A program made the position numbers and the translations under genes. From positions 37,760,001-37,824,000 of the forward strand of contig NC_058368.1 in the NCBI RefSeq assembly GCF_018350175.1: a stretch of DNA of 64,000 nucleotides, in the 5' to 3' direction. Under the pieces are notes generated by a model. The model was given only the letters and a program-made list of their open reading frames with translations, was not told the origin of the DNA and searched no databases. This DNA is from Felis catus. Its lineage: Eukaryota. Positions 1-12,476 of the stretch are shown in pieces. How positions within the stretch are numbered: the first letter of the stretch is position 1; every line of letters begins with the position of its first letter.

Positions 1-220
1 GAAATCTTCAATGTGATGAACAGAAAAAATATGCAGCTGAGAATCCTTTATCCATCAAGTCTGTAATATAGAATAGAAGGAGGGATAAAGGTCTTCCCAA
101 ACAAAAAAAACTGAAGGAATTTGTCACCACTAAACCAGCCCTACATGAGATCCTAAGGGGGATCCTGTGAGACAAAGTACCAGAGAAATGGCTACAAGCA
201 TGAAACCTACAGACATCACA

Positions 221-3200
221 ATGACTCTAAACCCATATTTTTCTATAATAACACTGAATGTAAATGGACTAAATGTACCAACCAAAAGACATAAGGTATT
301 AGAATGGATAAAAAAAAACAAGACCCATCTATTTGCTGTCTACAAGAGACTCATTTTAGACCTGAGGACACCTTCATTGAGAGTGAGGAGATGGAGAACT
401 ATTTATCATGCCACTGGAAGTCAAGAAAGCTGGAGTAGCCATACTTATATCAGACAAACTAGACTTTAAATTAAAGGCTGTAACAAGAGATGAAGAAGGG
501 CATTGTATAATAATCACAAGGTCTCTCCATCAGGAAGAGCTAATAATTATAAATGTCTATGTGCCGAATACAGGAGCCCCCAAATATATAATTTTTTTTT
601 TCAACGTTTATTTATTTTTGGGACAGAGAGAGACAGAGCATGAACGGGGGAGGGGCAGAGAGAGAGGGAGACACAGAATCGGAAACAGGCTCCAGGCTCT
701 GAGCCATCAGCCCAGAGCCTGACGCGGGGCTTGAACTCATGGACCGCGAGATTGTGACCTGGCTGAAGTCAGACGCCTAACCGACTGCGCCACCCAGGCG
801 CCCCGTGGAGCCCCCAAATATATAAAACAATTACTCACAAACACAAGCAACCTTATTGATAAGAATGTGGTAATTGCAGGGGACTTTAACACTCCACTTG
901 CAGAAATGGATAGATCATCTAGACACACAGTCAATAAAGAAACAAGGGCCTGGAATGATACATTGGATCAGATGGACTTGACAGATATATTTAGAACTCT
1001 GCATCCCAAAGCAGCAGAATATACTTTCTTCTCGAGTGCACATGGAACATTCTCCAAGATAGATCAGATACTGGGTCACAAAACAGCCCTTCATAAGTAT
1101 ACAAAATTGAAATCGTACCATGCATACTTCAGACCACAATGCTATGAAGCTTGAAGTCAACCACAGAAAAAGTCTGGAAAACCTCCAAAAGCATGCAGGT
1201 TAAAGAACACCCTACTAACGAATGAATGGGTCAACCAGGCAATTAGAGAAGAAATTAAAAAATATATGGAAACAAATGAAAATGAAAATACAACAATCCA
1301 AATGCTTTGGGATGCAGCGAAGGCAGTCCTGAGAGGAAAATACATTGCAATCCAGGCCTATCTCAAGAAACAAGAAAAATCTCAAATACAAAATCTAACA
1401 GCACACCTAAAGGAAATAGAAGCAGAACAGCAAAGACAGCCTAAACCTAGAAGAATAAGATAAATAGTAAAGATCAGAGCAGAAATAAACAATATAGAAT
1501 CTAAAAAAACTGTAGAGCAGATCAGCGAAACCGAGTTGGTTTTTTGAAAAAATAAACAAAATTGATAAACCTCTAGCCAGGCTTCTCAAAACGAAGAGGG
1601 AGATGACCCAAATAGATAAAATCATGAATGAAAATGGAATTGTTACAACCAATCCCTCAGAGATACAAGCAATTATCAGGGAATACTATGAAAAATTATA
1701 TGCCAACAAATTGGACAACCTGGAAGAAATGGACAAATTCCTAAACACCCACACGCTTCCAAAACTCAGTCAGGAGGAAACAGAAAGCTTGAACAGACCC
1801 ATAACCAGCGAGGAAATTGAATCAGTCATCAAAAATCTCCCAACAAATAAGAGTCCAGGACCAGATGGGTTCCCAGGGGAGTTCTACCAGACGTTTAAAG
1901 CAGAGATAATACCTATCCTTCTCAAGCTATTCCAAAAAAAATAGAAAGGGAAGGAAAACGTCCAGACTCATTCTATGAAGCCAGTATTACTTTGATTCCT
2001 AAACCAGACAGAGATCCAGTAATAAAAAGAGAAATACAGGCCAATATCCCTGATGAATATGGATGCAAAAATTCTCATTAAGATACTAGCAAATCGAATT
2101 CAACAGCGTATAAAAAAAATTATTCACCATGATCAAGTGGGATTCATTCCTGGGAGGCAGGGCTGGTTCAACATTCGCAAATCAATCAACGTGATACATC
2201 ACATTAATAAAAGAAAATATAAGAACCATATGATCCTGTGAATCGATGCAGAAAAAGCATTTGACAAAATTCAGCAACGTTTCTTAATAAAAACCCTTGA
2301 GAAAGTCGGGATAGAAGCAACATACTCAAAGATCATAAAAGCCATTTATGAAAAGCCCACAGCTAACATCATCCTCAATGGGGAAAAACTGAGACCTTTT
2401 TCCCTGAGATCAGTAACACAACAGGGATGTCCACTCTCCCCGCTGTTGTTTAACATAGTGTTGCAAGTTCTAGCATCAGCAATCAGACAACAAAAGGAAA
2501 TCAAAGGCATCAAAATCGGCAAAGATGAAGTCAAGCTTTCGCTTTTTGCAGATGACATGATATTATACATGGTAAATCCGATATACTCCACCAAAAGTCT
2601 GCTAGAACTGATACATGAATTCAGCAATGTTGCAGGATACAAAATCAATGTACAGAAATCAGTTGCATTCTTACACACTAACAATGAAGCAACAGAAAGA
2701 CAAAGAAACTGATCCCATTCACAATTGCACCAAGAAGCATAAAATACCTAGGAATAAATCTAACCAAAGATGTAAAAGATCTATATGCTGAAAACTATAG
2801 AAAGCTTATGAAGGACATTGAAGAAGATATAAAGAAATGGAAAAACATTCCGTGCTCATGGATTGGAAGAATAAATATTGTCAAAATGTCAATACTACCC
2901 AAAGCTATCTACACATTCAATGCAATCCCAATCAAAATTGTATCAGCATTCTTCTCAAAACTAGAACAAGCAATCCTAAAATTCATATGGAACCACAAAG
3001 GGCTCGAATAGCCAAAGAAATTTTGAAGAAGAAGACCAAAGCAGGAGGCATCACAATCCCAGACTTTAGCCTCTACTACAAAGCTGTCATCATCAAGACA
3101 GCATGGCATTGGCACAAAAACAGACACGTAGACCAATGGAATAGAATAGAAACCCCAGAACTAGACCCACAAATGTGTGGCCAACTAATCTTTGACAAAG

Positions 3201-4260
3201 CAGGAAGAACATCGAATGGAAAAAAGACAGTTTCTTTAACAAATGGTGCTGGGAGAACTGGACAGCAACATGCAGAAGATTAAAATAGACCACTTCCTTA
3301 CACCATTCACAAAAATGAACTCAAAATGGTGGAAGGACCTGAATGTGAGACAGGAAACCATCAAAACCCTAGCGAAGAAAGCAGGAAAAGACCTGTCTGA
3401 CCTCAGCCATAGCAATTTCTTACTTGACATCCCCAAAGGCAAGGGAATTAAAAGCAAAAATGAACTATTGGGACCTTATGAAGATAAAAAGCTTCTGCAC
3501 AGCAAAGGAAACAACCAACAAAAGGCAACCAACGGAATGGGAAAAGATATTTGCAAATGACATATCGGACAAAGGGCTAGTATCTAAGATCTATAAAGAG
3601 CTCACCAAACTCCACACCTGAAAAACAAGGAACCCAGTGAAGAAATGGGCAGAAAACATGAATAGACACTTCTCTAAAGAAGACATTCGGATGGCCAACA
3701 GGCACATGGAAAGATGCTCAATGTCACTCCTCATCAGGGAAATACAGATCAAAACCACACTCAGATATCACCTCATGCCAGTCAGAGTGGCCAAAATGAA
3801 CAAATCAGGAGACTATAGATGCTGGCGAGGATGTGGAGAAACAGGAACCCTCTTGCACTGTTGGTGGGAATGCAAAGTGGTGCAGCCACTCTGGAAAACA
3901 GTGTGGAGGTTCCACAGAAAATTAAAAATAGACCTACCCTATGACCCAGCAGTAGCACTGCTAGGAATTTACCCAAGGGATACAGGAGTGCTGATGCATA
4001 GGGGCACTTGTACCCCAATATTTATAGCAGCACTCTCAACAATAGCCAAATTATGGAAAGAGCCTAAATGTCCATCAACTGATGAATGGATAAAGAAAGT
4101 GTGGTTTATATACACAATGGAGTACTACGTGGCAATGAGAAAGAATGAAATATGGCCCTTTGTAGCAATATGGATGGAACTGGAGAGTGTGATGCTAAGT
4201 GAAATAAACCATACAGAGAAAGACAGATACCATATGGCTTCACTCTTATGTGGATCCTGA
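221..4260 (+). pseudogene. L1 ORF2 (endonuclease/reverse transcriptase), fragmented by frameshifts, stops and a SINE
   Basis: ORF-track pieces 167-469, 408-722, 867-1154, 1266-1463, 1603-1944, 2053-2241, 2446-2712, 2808-3011, 3424-3621 and 3637-4260 are consecutive parts of L1 ORF2p. Confidence 0.95.
592..804 (-). mobile_element. SINEC_Fc inserted in the L1 endonuclease domain
   Basis: Felid SINE body; TSD GGAGCCCCCAAATATATAA at 573-591 and 807-825, with 2 extra nt (GT) at the SINE 5' junction. Confidence 0.97.
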
Positions 4261-4751
4261 GAAACTTAACAGAAACCCATGGGGAGGGGAAGGAAAAAAA
4301 AAGAGGTTAGAGTGGGAGAGAGCCAAAGCATAAGAGACTCTTAAAAACCGAGAACAAACTGAGGGTTGATGGGGAGTGGGAGGGAGGAGAGGGTGGGTGA
4401 TGGGTATTGAGGACGGCACCTTTTGGGATGAGCACTGGGTGTTGTATGGAAACCAATTTGACAATAAATTTCATATATTGAGAAAAAAAAGTTTATCATA
4501 AACAAAGATTAAAATATTTGAAAATCTTGAACTAATAGGTGTTGTTCGAAGACTTTCTATCTGAAAATAGTAGCAGTTTTCCCCTTGGAAAACAGCATTT
4601 ATATATCCCTTTTCCTCCAACATTGTGGTCTAGCTATCTAGAGAAATATTCCCATTAAAAATGCCAGAGCACTGCATAAAATACTACATGTTAACAAGTC
4701 CAGGTAAACAGATGAAAAAAATAACAAAAACAGGTTAAGAAAACAACATAA

Positions 4752-5949
4752 AATCCCTATCAAAATAACACCAGTATTCTTCACAAAGCCAAAACATACC
4801 AGCTAAAGGGCTAGTATCCAAAATGCATAAAGAACTTATTATGCTCGGGGCGCCTGGGTGGCGCAGTCGGTTAAGCGTCCAACTTCAGCCAGGTCACGAT
4901 CTCGCGGTCCATGAGTTCGAGCCCTGCATCAGGCTCTGGGCTGATGGCTCAGAGCCTGGAGCCTGTTTCCGATTCTGTGTCTCCCTCTCTCTCTGCCCCT
5001 CCCCCGTTCATGCTCTGTCTCTCTCTGTCCCCCCCCCCCAAAAAAAATGTTGAAAAAAAAATTAAAAAAAAAAAGAACTTATCATACTCAACACCCAATA
5101 AGGAAATAATCCACTGAAGAAATGGGCAAAAGACAGACACTTTTGCAAAGAAGACATCCAGATGGCTAACAGACACATGAAAAGATGCTCATTACCCATC
5201 ATCAGGGAAGTACAAATCAAAACCAACGGTGAGATACCACTTTACGCCTGTCATAATGGCTAAAATGAGCAACTCCGAAAACAACAGATGTTGGTGAGGA
5301 CGTGGAGAAAGAGGAACCCTTTTACACTGTTGGTGGGAATGCCCACTGGTACAGCCACTCTGGAAAACAGTATGGAGGTTCCTCAAAAAAATTAAAATAG
5401 AACTATGACCCAGAACTTACACTATTAGGTATTTATCCAAAGGATACAGGAGTGCTGATTCGAAGGGGAACATGCACCCAAATGTTTATAGCAGCACAAT
5501 TCACAATATCCAAAGTATGGAAAGAGCCCAAATGTCCACTGATGGATGAATGATAAAGAAGATGTGGTATATAACTATAATGGAATATTACTCAGCAATC
5601 AAAAAGAATGAAACCTTGCCATTTGCAGCTATGGGGATGGAACTAGAGAGTATTATGCTAAGCAAAATAAATCAGAGAAAGACAAATGTATGATTTAACT
5701 CATGTAGAATTTAAGATACAAAGCAGATGAACATAAGGGAAGGGGAGCAAAAATAATATAAAAATTGAGAGGGAGACAAACCATCAGAGACTCTTAAATA
5801 CAGAGAACAAACTGAGAGTTGCTGGCCGGGTGTTGGGTGGGGGTATGGGCTAAATTGGCGAAGGGCATTAAGGAGGAAACTTGTTGGGATGAGCACTGGA
5901 TGTTATATGTAACTAATGAATCACTAAATTCTGTTACTGAAAAAAAAAA
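4752..5949 (+). mobile_element. 5'-truncated carnivore L1 3' end with an internal deletion
   Basis: ORF2 3'-end homology (AAATGGGCAAAAGAC, CACTGTTGGTGGGAATG), 3'UTR and A-tail at ~5940-5949. Confidence 0.9.
4847..5071 (+). mobile_element. SINEC_Fc inside L1
   Basis: GGGGCGCCTGGGTGGCGCAGTCGG head, CT-rich segment, A-tail; imperfect TSD AAAGAACTTATTATGCTC / AAAGAACTTATCATACTC. Confidence 0.95.
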
Positions 5950-6559
5950 GAGTCAAAAATAGGATTTGATATAGATGATATGTTCCATAATGAAAACAAT
6001 GACATTTGGAATACTGCAAGTAAGAAATATATAATTTTCTGAGCTTTCACACTACAGCCCGTTAATTTGCTTTTGGTGGAGACTGAGACCAAGGTGGACA
6101 TCAATAGATAGATAGCTAGGGGGATGAGTAGAACAGAGTCATATTTCTAAGAGAAACAAGTATAGAACCTGGACTTTAACTTCGAAGATCAAAATTGTAC
6201 ATTATCTCTGATTTGCGTCCTGGCCACCATTTTCAGATATTTCAAAACCTCCATACCATTTCATTTAAAGCGTTTTTTACACCAGTAAAATGCCTGAATG
6301 AGGATTAGGGGTGATTTTTACTTTTATGTCATTACACAGAATACTTATCAGGGTATAGATTAAGAAATTTTAGATGAATATTAAATGTGCATACACATTA
6401 ATATATGTATATGCATAAATATATGAGTGTATATGTGTATGTATATATTGCTGAAAGATAAATGGAGACCTACATCACAATTGTTGAAAAGCATATAGAC
6501 TTTTATCTTACGTCTATTTAATTTCCTTGTTCTTAACAATTAAGTTTAGATGATTCATG

Positions 6560-8980
6560 AAAATTTCATGAGATGTTAAGCAGCTAACCATCATGTTAAA
6601 TTTTCTTTCTTGCTGACAGATTCTGTGGTTGAAATGACATAAGCTTATTTGACTTTGAGGAAATCAAGGTAGAATAAAACTACTGTATTTAATACTGATA
6701 ACTCTAAGAATTGGCTCTTTTTAATTAAACCAGGAAACTTAACCTAGCTTTTATTTACTGAAGATTATCCTTGATTATGTGAAATTGAAAAGCATTTGGT
6801 TTTTTTTTATTTCTGCGAGTATACTTGATTTATATAAACAATTGTTTGCCTTTAAGCCAATTAAATAGAGCTCTTTACAAATTCATTTTGGCAATGTCTT
6901 CCAGGGGTAGAAAAAAGATTACACATTTGTAATATACATATATGGATATATGTAAATATAGAAACATGAACAGAGATCTTATAGCTGTTGTTTTAAAATT
7001 TTAGCTATTGAGACAGTTATGATAATGTATAACTCACTAGTTTATAAAAGAACATTTGCATCCAAATTGTGTTTCTGGCAGATGGAATTAGTTAAGATTA
7101 CCTGCTCAGATGACAGATGGCTAAAACTTTTTACTAATACTTGTGGAAGAAACTTTTAGCATTTTTCCTAGGCCTAGTTTTCAAAATAGACTTTCTTTTT
7201 CTTTTTTTTTTCTTCCTTCTGATAGTAACTACCTTGGTCCCTAGAGAAGACCACACAGAATTCTTACACCTCAACAGGCACACAGAAAAAATGTAAGTTT
7301 CACCAAGGACTTTTGTTCCCTAAGTCCAGATCTTTTCCATTATCTACAGGCCTATTGAGGTTATAGGGGCAGTTTTGGGATTGGTAAAAAGAATAAGTGG
7401 GCTTTGAATTGTTTCTAGAGCTGTATTTCTGTTCTTGTAAAGGCTTAATTTGTAAAACAAGTACAGTTTCTTAATTCCTCAAAGAACTGGGTTGCAACCT
7501 GATGATATCAAGGGACTGATCTAGCCGTCGAACTGCCTTATTTTCTGTTTGATTCCTTTTATCAGGGAAAAGATCTTCCACTGTTATGTAAATCATTGGA
7601 TTCCTATATTCTAGATTTAGAGCCGTGCATCTTTGGAATGTTTTAGCAAATCCTTCCCACAAAGGCTTCAGAACGGTTTTCTCTTCCTGTGGGTATAAAG
7701 TTTCATTTTAGCTTACTGGAAAAGGCCAAAAAAAAAATCATATCAGGCTCTGAATATTAACTTCCAATTTAGCCAACTTCTGATGGCCTTAAAACTACTT
7801 TAAAAAATCCATTTAAATATCTTGTCATGTTTCAGGACAAAAAGTAAATATCCTTGACAACGATGAACAACCCCCAAAATGCCAGAATCATCCTCAAAAA
7901 GAGTTGAAAAGGTACTACCCTCCCAAGTTCCAGAGCCATTCTCAAAGATTAACCAATAGAAAGCAAGCCTTAGTTACCCTGAGAGCTGGCAACATTTGGT
8001 AGGACCCTAGTCACAAATGCAGTGCACCTCACGTTTTTGTTCAGCTGTATCTAGCAGCAAATGGGGTGTAACCCATATTTCTGTCTGGCCATATTTTGGA
8101 GGCTCACAACTTGATGACTATGAAGGCAAATTCTCGGGACATAAAATAAGAGAAACAAAAAAGTCACTAACTGTCCCTGGGATAGAAAGGATTAACAACC
8201 ATTGGACATCCCAACACAAATTCCTAAGTCATAATTCAAGGATCAAGTTCTTAAAAATGTTTTTTTTTTACTCCCTTCTGAATTTGGGAAGGAAGGGACA
8301 ACATGAAATTTTACCTTCTTGACCAGGCACAGCAGATGAAGATCTGGGATTACTCACTTTGGTATGAATTCCCACCTGTTGCTGCTATCTGCCAGTTTTT
8401 GCAGGATCTTGTCTGCAGGCTTGAGAGTGGGTGGGGTATCCCAGAAAGTCTCATCCTGGTCACCAGAAACTGTAGAGGAGGAAAAATAAGTTTCCATCTA
8501 CACTTTATAATAAGTCCTTGGCTGAGACCCCTTTTTCTCTAGGATACCTTATAAATGTCTCTGCTCATCTAAGATGGTTAAAAGTTCTCCACTGTGGCCA
8601 CTATAATTCAAAGATTATCTTTGGTGAGGTTAACTTTCTTGTTGAGCCTTAAAACAAAATTTTACTCACTTGAAATCTCACACTGTACACAGTCCAACTT
8701 AAGTGGGACCATCCGACTCCAGACATAGTCTAGTTTCTAAGTTAGACCCGGCCCAACTCCGGCTGGTTTCCGGACCCAGTCCAGAAAAAGAAATGCTCAA
8801 AGGAAGTCTGAAAGCTCTTAATACAGAAACTGCAGAGCTAAGGTCTTAGACAGCAGATGTTCCCCAGAGGCAGTGAGACAGCAGTAAGTATAAGGGGCTC
8901 CACAGATACATGTGTCTGTTTGCTCATTACTCCTGGGGGCTCTAGGGGTCTCATTTAGTTCCCTCTTTTGACACCAGAAC
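6560..8980 (-). mobile_element. ERV1 MER4-group-like non-autonomous internal region
   Basis: AT-rich motifs recalled from MER4/MER34-type internals (TTAAGCCAATTAAATAGAGCTCTTTAC, AAGATTATCCTTGATTATGTGAAATTGAAAAGCATTTG); abuts PBS and LTR; left boundary approximate. Confidence 0.7.
8959..8976 (-). promoter_or_regulatory. Retroviral primer-binding site, tRNA-Leu type
   Basis: Minus strand TGGTGTCAAAAGAGGGAA matches TGGTGTCAGAAGTGGGAT at 15/18, a few nt inside the LTR end. Confidence 0.75.
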
Positions 8981-9355
8981 AGTTAAAAGATAAACTGAGA
9001 CATATTCAGAATTTTAAAAGTTTGAGTAAATGTTAATTTATATTAGGCAGCATCCAATCTAGCAGATAGAAAGGAGCTCCTAGGAGTTCTACAAAATGAA
9101 AGACTTATATAGACAGAAGGGAGCAGGAGCAGAAGTTAATTAGGCACAAAAAAAAAAAAAGGTTGGTTATTGAGAGATAACCTTTAGGGGGTAATGGGAT
9201 CTATCAGGCAGATTACCTAACTAGTATGATCAGGTGATCCTTGCTCAGTTTAAGGTTCCATTTCTGGGTAAACCAAAACTGTAATTAATTCTCAGTTTGG
9301 TGACTGGCTTAGCATAAGTGACTCCATTTTGGGTCTTTTGTCTTGTTTTTTAACA
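8981..9355 (-). mobile_element. 5' LTR of the MER4-group ERV1
   Basis: Minus strand starts TGTTAAAAAACAAGACAAAAGACCCAAAATGGAGTCACTTATGCTAAG and ends ...TCTTTTAACT (degenerate ..AACA) next to the PBS. Confidence 0.75.
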
Positions 9356-9479
9356 CTATGTGTACATAATGAGTGAGAGAGAGAGATGGAGAATGGTAAG
9401 CCAAATGAGGGAAAAGTTTGCAGTTATATCTAAATAAACAGTTTTTCGAAAATAAGCTACTTCATTAATAGTGGGGTTT

Positions 9480-9893
9480 TTTTTATACTTTTAATTTTAA
9501 TTTTCTTCAAGCTTTTATTTAAACTCCATTTAGCTAACATACAGTGTAATATTAGGTTCAGGAGTTGAATTCAGTGATTCATCACTTAAAACACCCAGTG
9601 TTCATCACAGTTGTCCTTCTTTTTTTTTTTTAATTTTTTTTTCAACACAGTTGTCCTTCTTAATACCTGTCACCCATCCCCTGCCCACCTCCACTCCAGC
9701 AACCCTTAGTTTATTCTCTATAGTTAAGAGTCCGCTTCCTGGTTTGCCTCTCTTCTTCCCCTCTCTGTTCATCTGTTTTGTTTCTTAAATTCCACATATG
9801 GGTGAAAATAAGTGAAATCATATGGTATTTGCCCTTCTCTGAGTTATTTTTCTTAGCAAAATACTCTCTAGCTCTATCCATGTCATTCCATGC
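9480..9893 (-). mobile_element. Carnivore L1 3' end fragment
   Basis: ACACCCAGTGTTCATCAC, AAATTCCACATATG and CTCTAGCTCTATCCATGTC are reverse-complement L1 3'UTR motifs. Confidence 0.85.
9622..9645 (-). mobile_element. Tail-only (extremely 5'-truncated) SINEC_Fc insertion
   Basis: T-run-AA-T9-CAA flanked by perfect repeat CACAGTTGTCCTTCTT (9606-9621, 9646-9661). Confidence 0.8.
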
Positions 9894-10735
9894 AAGGATA
9901 ATTCCAAAAGGCACATAGTACTTAAGAGAAGTCATCGTTATCTTGGCAAACACTGATTAGAATCATGAAAAATATCAAGTAAGAATACAGAACAATGAAT
10001 TAATCCTACCCTCCTGTGGCTATATGAAGTTATACAAGACGCCAGAAAGGCTGCATTTAAGTAAATGTTGGGGGTTCAGTTAGATTTCTCTGAGGTAATT
10101 ACATTGTAATATGATAAAACTATGATGACATTATATAAATGTTCAGATTAGTTAATATATGACGCATATACTAGTTAGAAGATTGAGCTGAGATACAAGT
10201 GGTTGATTGTCTAGTGATCTCTATATGTTCCCAGTACCAGCAGCCATTACTTCTGATAAGTATGGTTCCTGGAGTCCCAGTGTAATTTAACAGAACATAA
10301 TGATCCTTTGTCCAGCCAAGTTGTACCAAATTCTAATGATAACACGACTTTTAGGTATCAGAAAATAGCCAGATTTGGGAAAATAAATTTAAAATGCTTT
10401 CAATTCTATTATTTTTCTCATTGCTCCCATTTTTATAACTTGAATTCCTTAAAGCTTCGCAAGGCAAGATGCTTTCTTATTATATCTTACCCAGAATTCT
10501 TGACTCATTCAGTATTTCACCATTCATAAAAAAAAGTGCACAGCGACTTATATTTTACATATCAGCAAAATGTTTTCTTATTAAAGGAATGTATATTATT
10601 ACAGAGGAGTTCCACTGCAGCTTGCTAGCAAGGAAAGGAAAAGCATTGACCAACTTTGTGACCACTTAAAGCTGTTTGATCTTTAGAACATAATCAAGGA
10701 AAACTGGAGGGAAGGGGGAGGCACAGATGACTTTT

Positions 10736-10998
10736 TTTTTTTTAACTTTTTAAAGGTTTATTTTGAGAGAGGGAGAGCGAGAGAGACAGAGACAGAGACA
10801 GAAAGAGATTGAGAGAGAGAGAGAGACAGTACTCGTGGGGGAGGGGCAGAGAGAAAGGAAGAGAGAGAATCCCAAGCAGGCTCTATGCTGTCAGCACAGA
10901 GCCCAACATGGGGCTCAAAGTCACGAAACTGCAAAATCATGACCTGAGTCAAAACCAAGAGTCAGAGGCTTGACCGACTGAGCCACCCAGGTACCCCC
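10736..10998 (-). mobile_element. CAN-SINE (SINEC)
   Basis: SINE body with expanded GA tract; TSD CAGATGACTTTT. Confidence 0.93.
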
Positions 10999-11156
10999 CA
11001 GATGACTTTTCTCTTGCTTTTAGTTCTCTTCAAATACTGTCTCTAATACACATCCCTTTCACCTGTAAAGTATTCAGTAGTATATGAGCAGTAAACTGAT
11101 TCTTCACTGGCTAACCAAAGTTTACAATTCAAACTTAAAAAAAAAAAGTTATGCTA

Positions 11157-11342
11157 GAAGCCCCTGGGTGTGTCAGTTTTTAGCTCAGGTCATGATCTTG
11201 TGGTTTGTGAGTTTGAGCCTACCTCAGTCTCCCTGCTGAAGTGTTGGGCTTGCTTGGGATTCTCTCTCTCTCCCTCTTTCTCTGCCCCTCCGTCACTCAT
11301 GTGTACATGCTCTCTCTCTCAAAATAAATGAATAAGCTTTTT
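11157..11342 (+). mobile_element. CAN-SINE with short internal deletion in the tRNA head
   Basis: TSD AAAAAAGTTATGCTA (11142-11156, 11343-11357). Confidence 0.9.
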
Positions 11343-12244
11343 AAAAAAGTTATGCTATTTTGCAAGGAATACAACAAAGAGTGTAAATTTTTATCTACTT
11401 GACATTGTTGCTTATAAAAGACTTTCAAAAAGGCCTGCTCAAATATTTGTCGTAAAAGAAAATGAAAGAAAACAATAATAATTTAAAACTATAATGATAG
11501 TTTTAGCTTGTTCCTCTTAGAACTGAGCTAGTAAATAGAAATTATTTAGATTCAGGATGTACTTTCCCTTTTATCCTTTTAAAATCCTCATTTGGTGGGG
11601 AATTATTTTCCACATCAGGGAAAGTGTTATAGATACGGCAAATACATTCTATGACTGTTAATGATCCACACACAATGTTAGAAGATATGGGAATAAAATA
11701 TATATTATATCATTAAACACAAAAACAAAGAGCAGTGTTCAAGAAACTGTATCCTAGAGATGGCCTATTTTAATTTTGTTTCGATTGTTTACTTAACTTG
11801 TGAAAACAAATATTATTGGCCTTTGCTTATAAATAAAAAGAAAAGTATTAGAGCCCTACCCACAAACTTACTGGCTTGGATTCCCATTCCTATCCTGATT
11901 CAAACCTGCCACTGTTATTTTAAAACCCTCTGAGGATATTTGGCAACCTGCTTAGGAGCTATTCTCTTTGCTCTTTGCCTTTTCCTAATATAAGGAGTGT
12001 CTTACTCACTTTGTGTTAACTGGCTCTCTTCTCTGAAGCTTGTTCAGGCTGTCTGTGATTATATTCCAGTACTGTGTGCAGATACTTTCCATTTCGGATC
12101 AGTTTTAATATTGTAAAGAGTTTGGGCTTTTTATTGCTAAATACATTTCTGATCTCAGATTTTTTTGCAATGTTATTTTACTATAAAATTGTCAAAAATA
12201 ATTCTATATACAGATTCCTTGAAGTATTTAGTTCAAGAGTTTTT

Positions 12245-12476
12245 TTAAAGTTTTTTTAAATTATTTTTAATTTTTTTATTTGAGAGGGAGGGCAGGAGGG
12301 AGGGAGGCAGGGGGAGAAAGCAGGGGAAAGGGGCAGAGGGAGAGAGAGAGGATCTTAAGCAGGCTCTACACTCCACGTGTAGGCCTATGTGGGGCTAGAT
12401 CCCATGACCCTGGGAACATGACCTGAGCTGAAATTAAGAATTGTCCACCCAAATGACTGAGCCACCCAGGCTCCCC
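12245..12476 (-). mobile_element. Older CAN-SINE
   Basis: GACTGAGCCACCCAGGCTCCCC end; degenerate TSD GTTCAAG(A/T)G. Confidence 0.88.

Larger units (their letters stand above)
1..4490 (+). mobile_element. LINE-1 (felid L1_Fc-like), 5' part outside window; disabled
   Basis: ORF1 C-terminus to TGA ~170; ORF2 starts 221 (MTLNPYFSIITLNVNGLN); EN/RT motifs (GDFNTPL, SKID, PGPDGF, LFADDM); stop 4260; G-rich 3'UTR, AATAAA 4463-4468 and A-tail to 4490. Confidence 0.97.

Noticed and set aside
3637..4260. 207-aa ORF as a cellular gene
   Set aside because: It is the C-terminal region of L1 ORF2p (HCWWECK motif)
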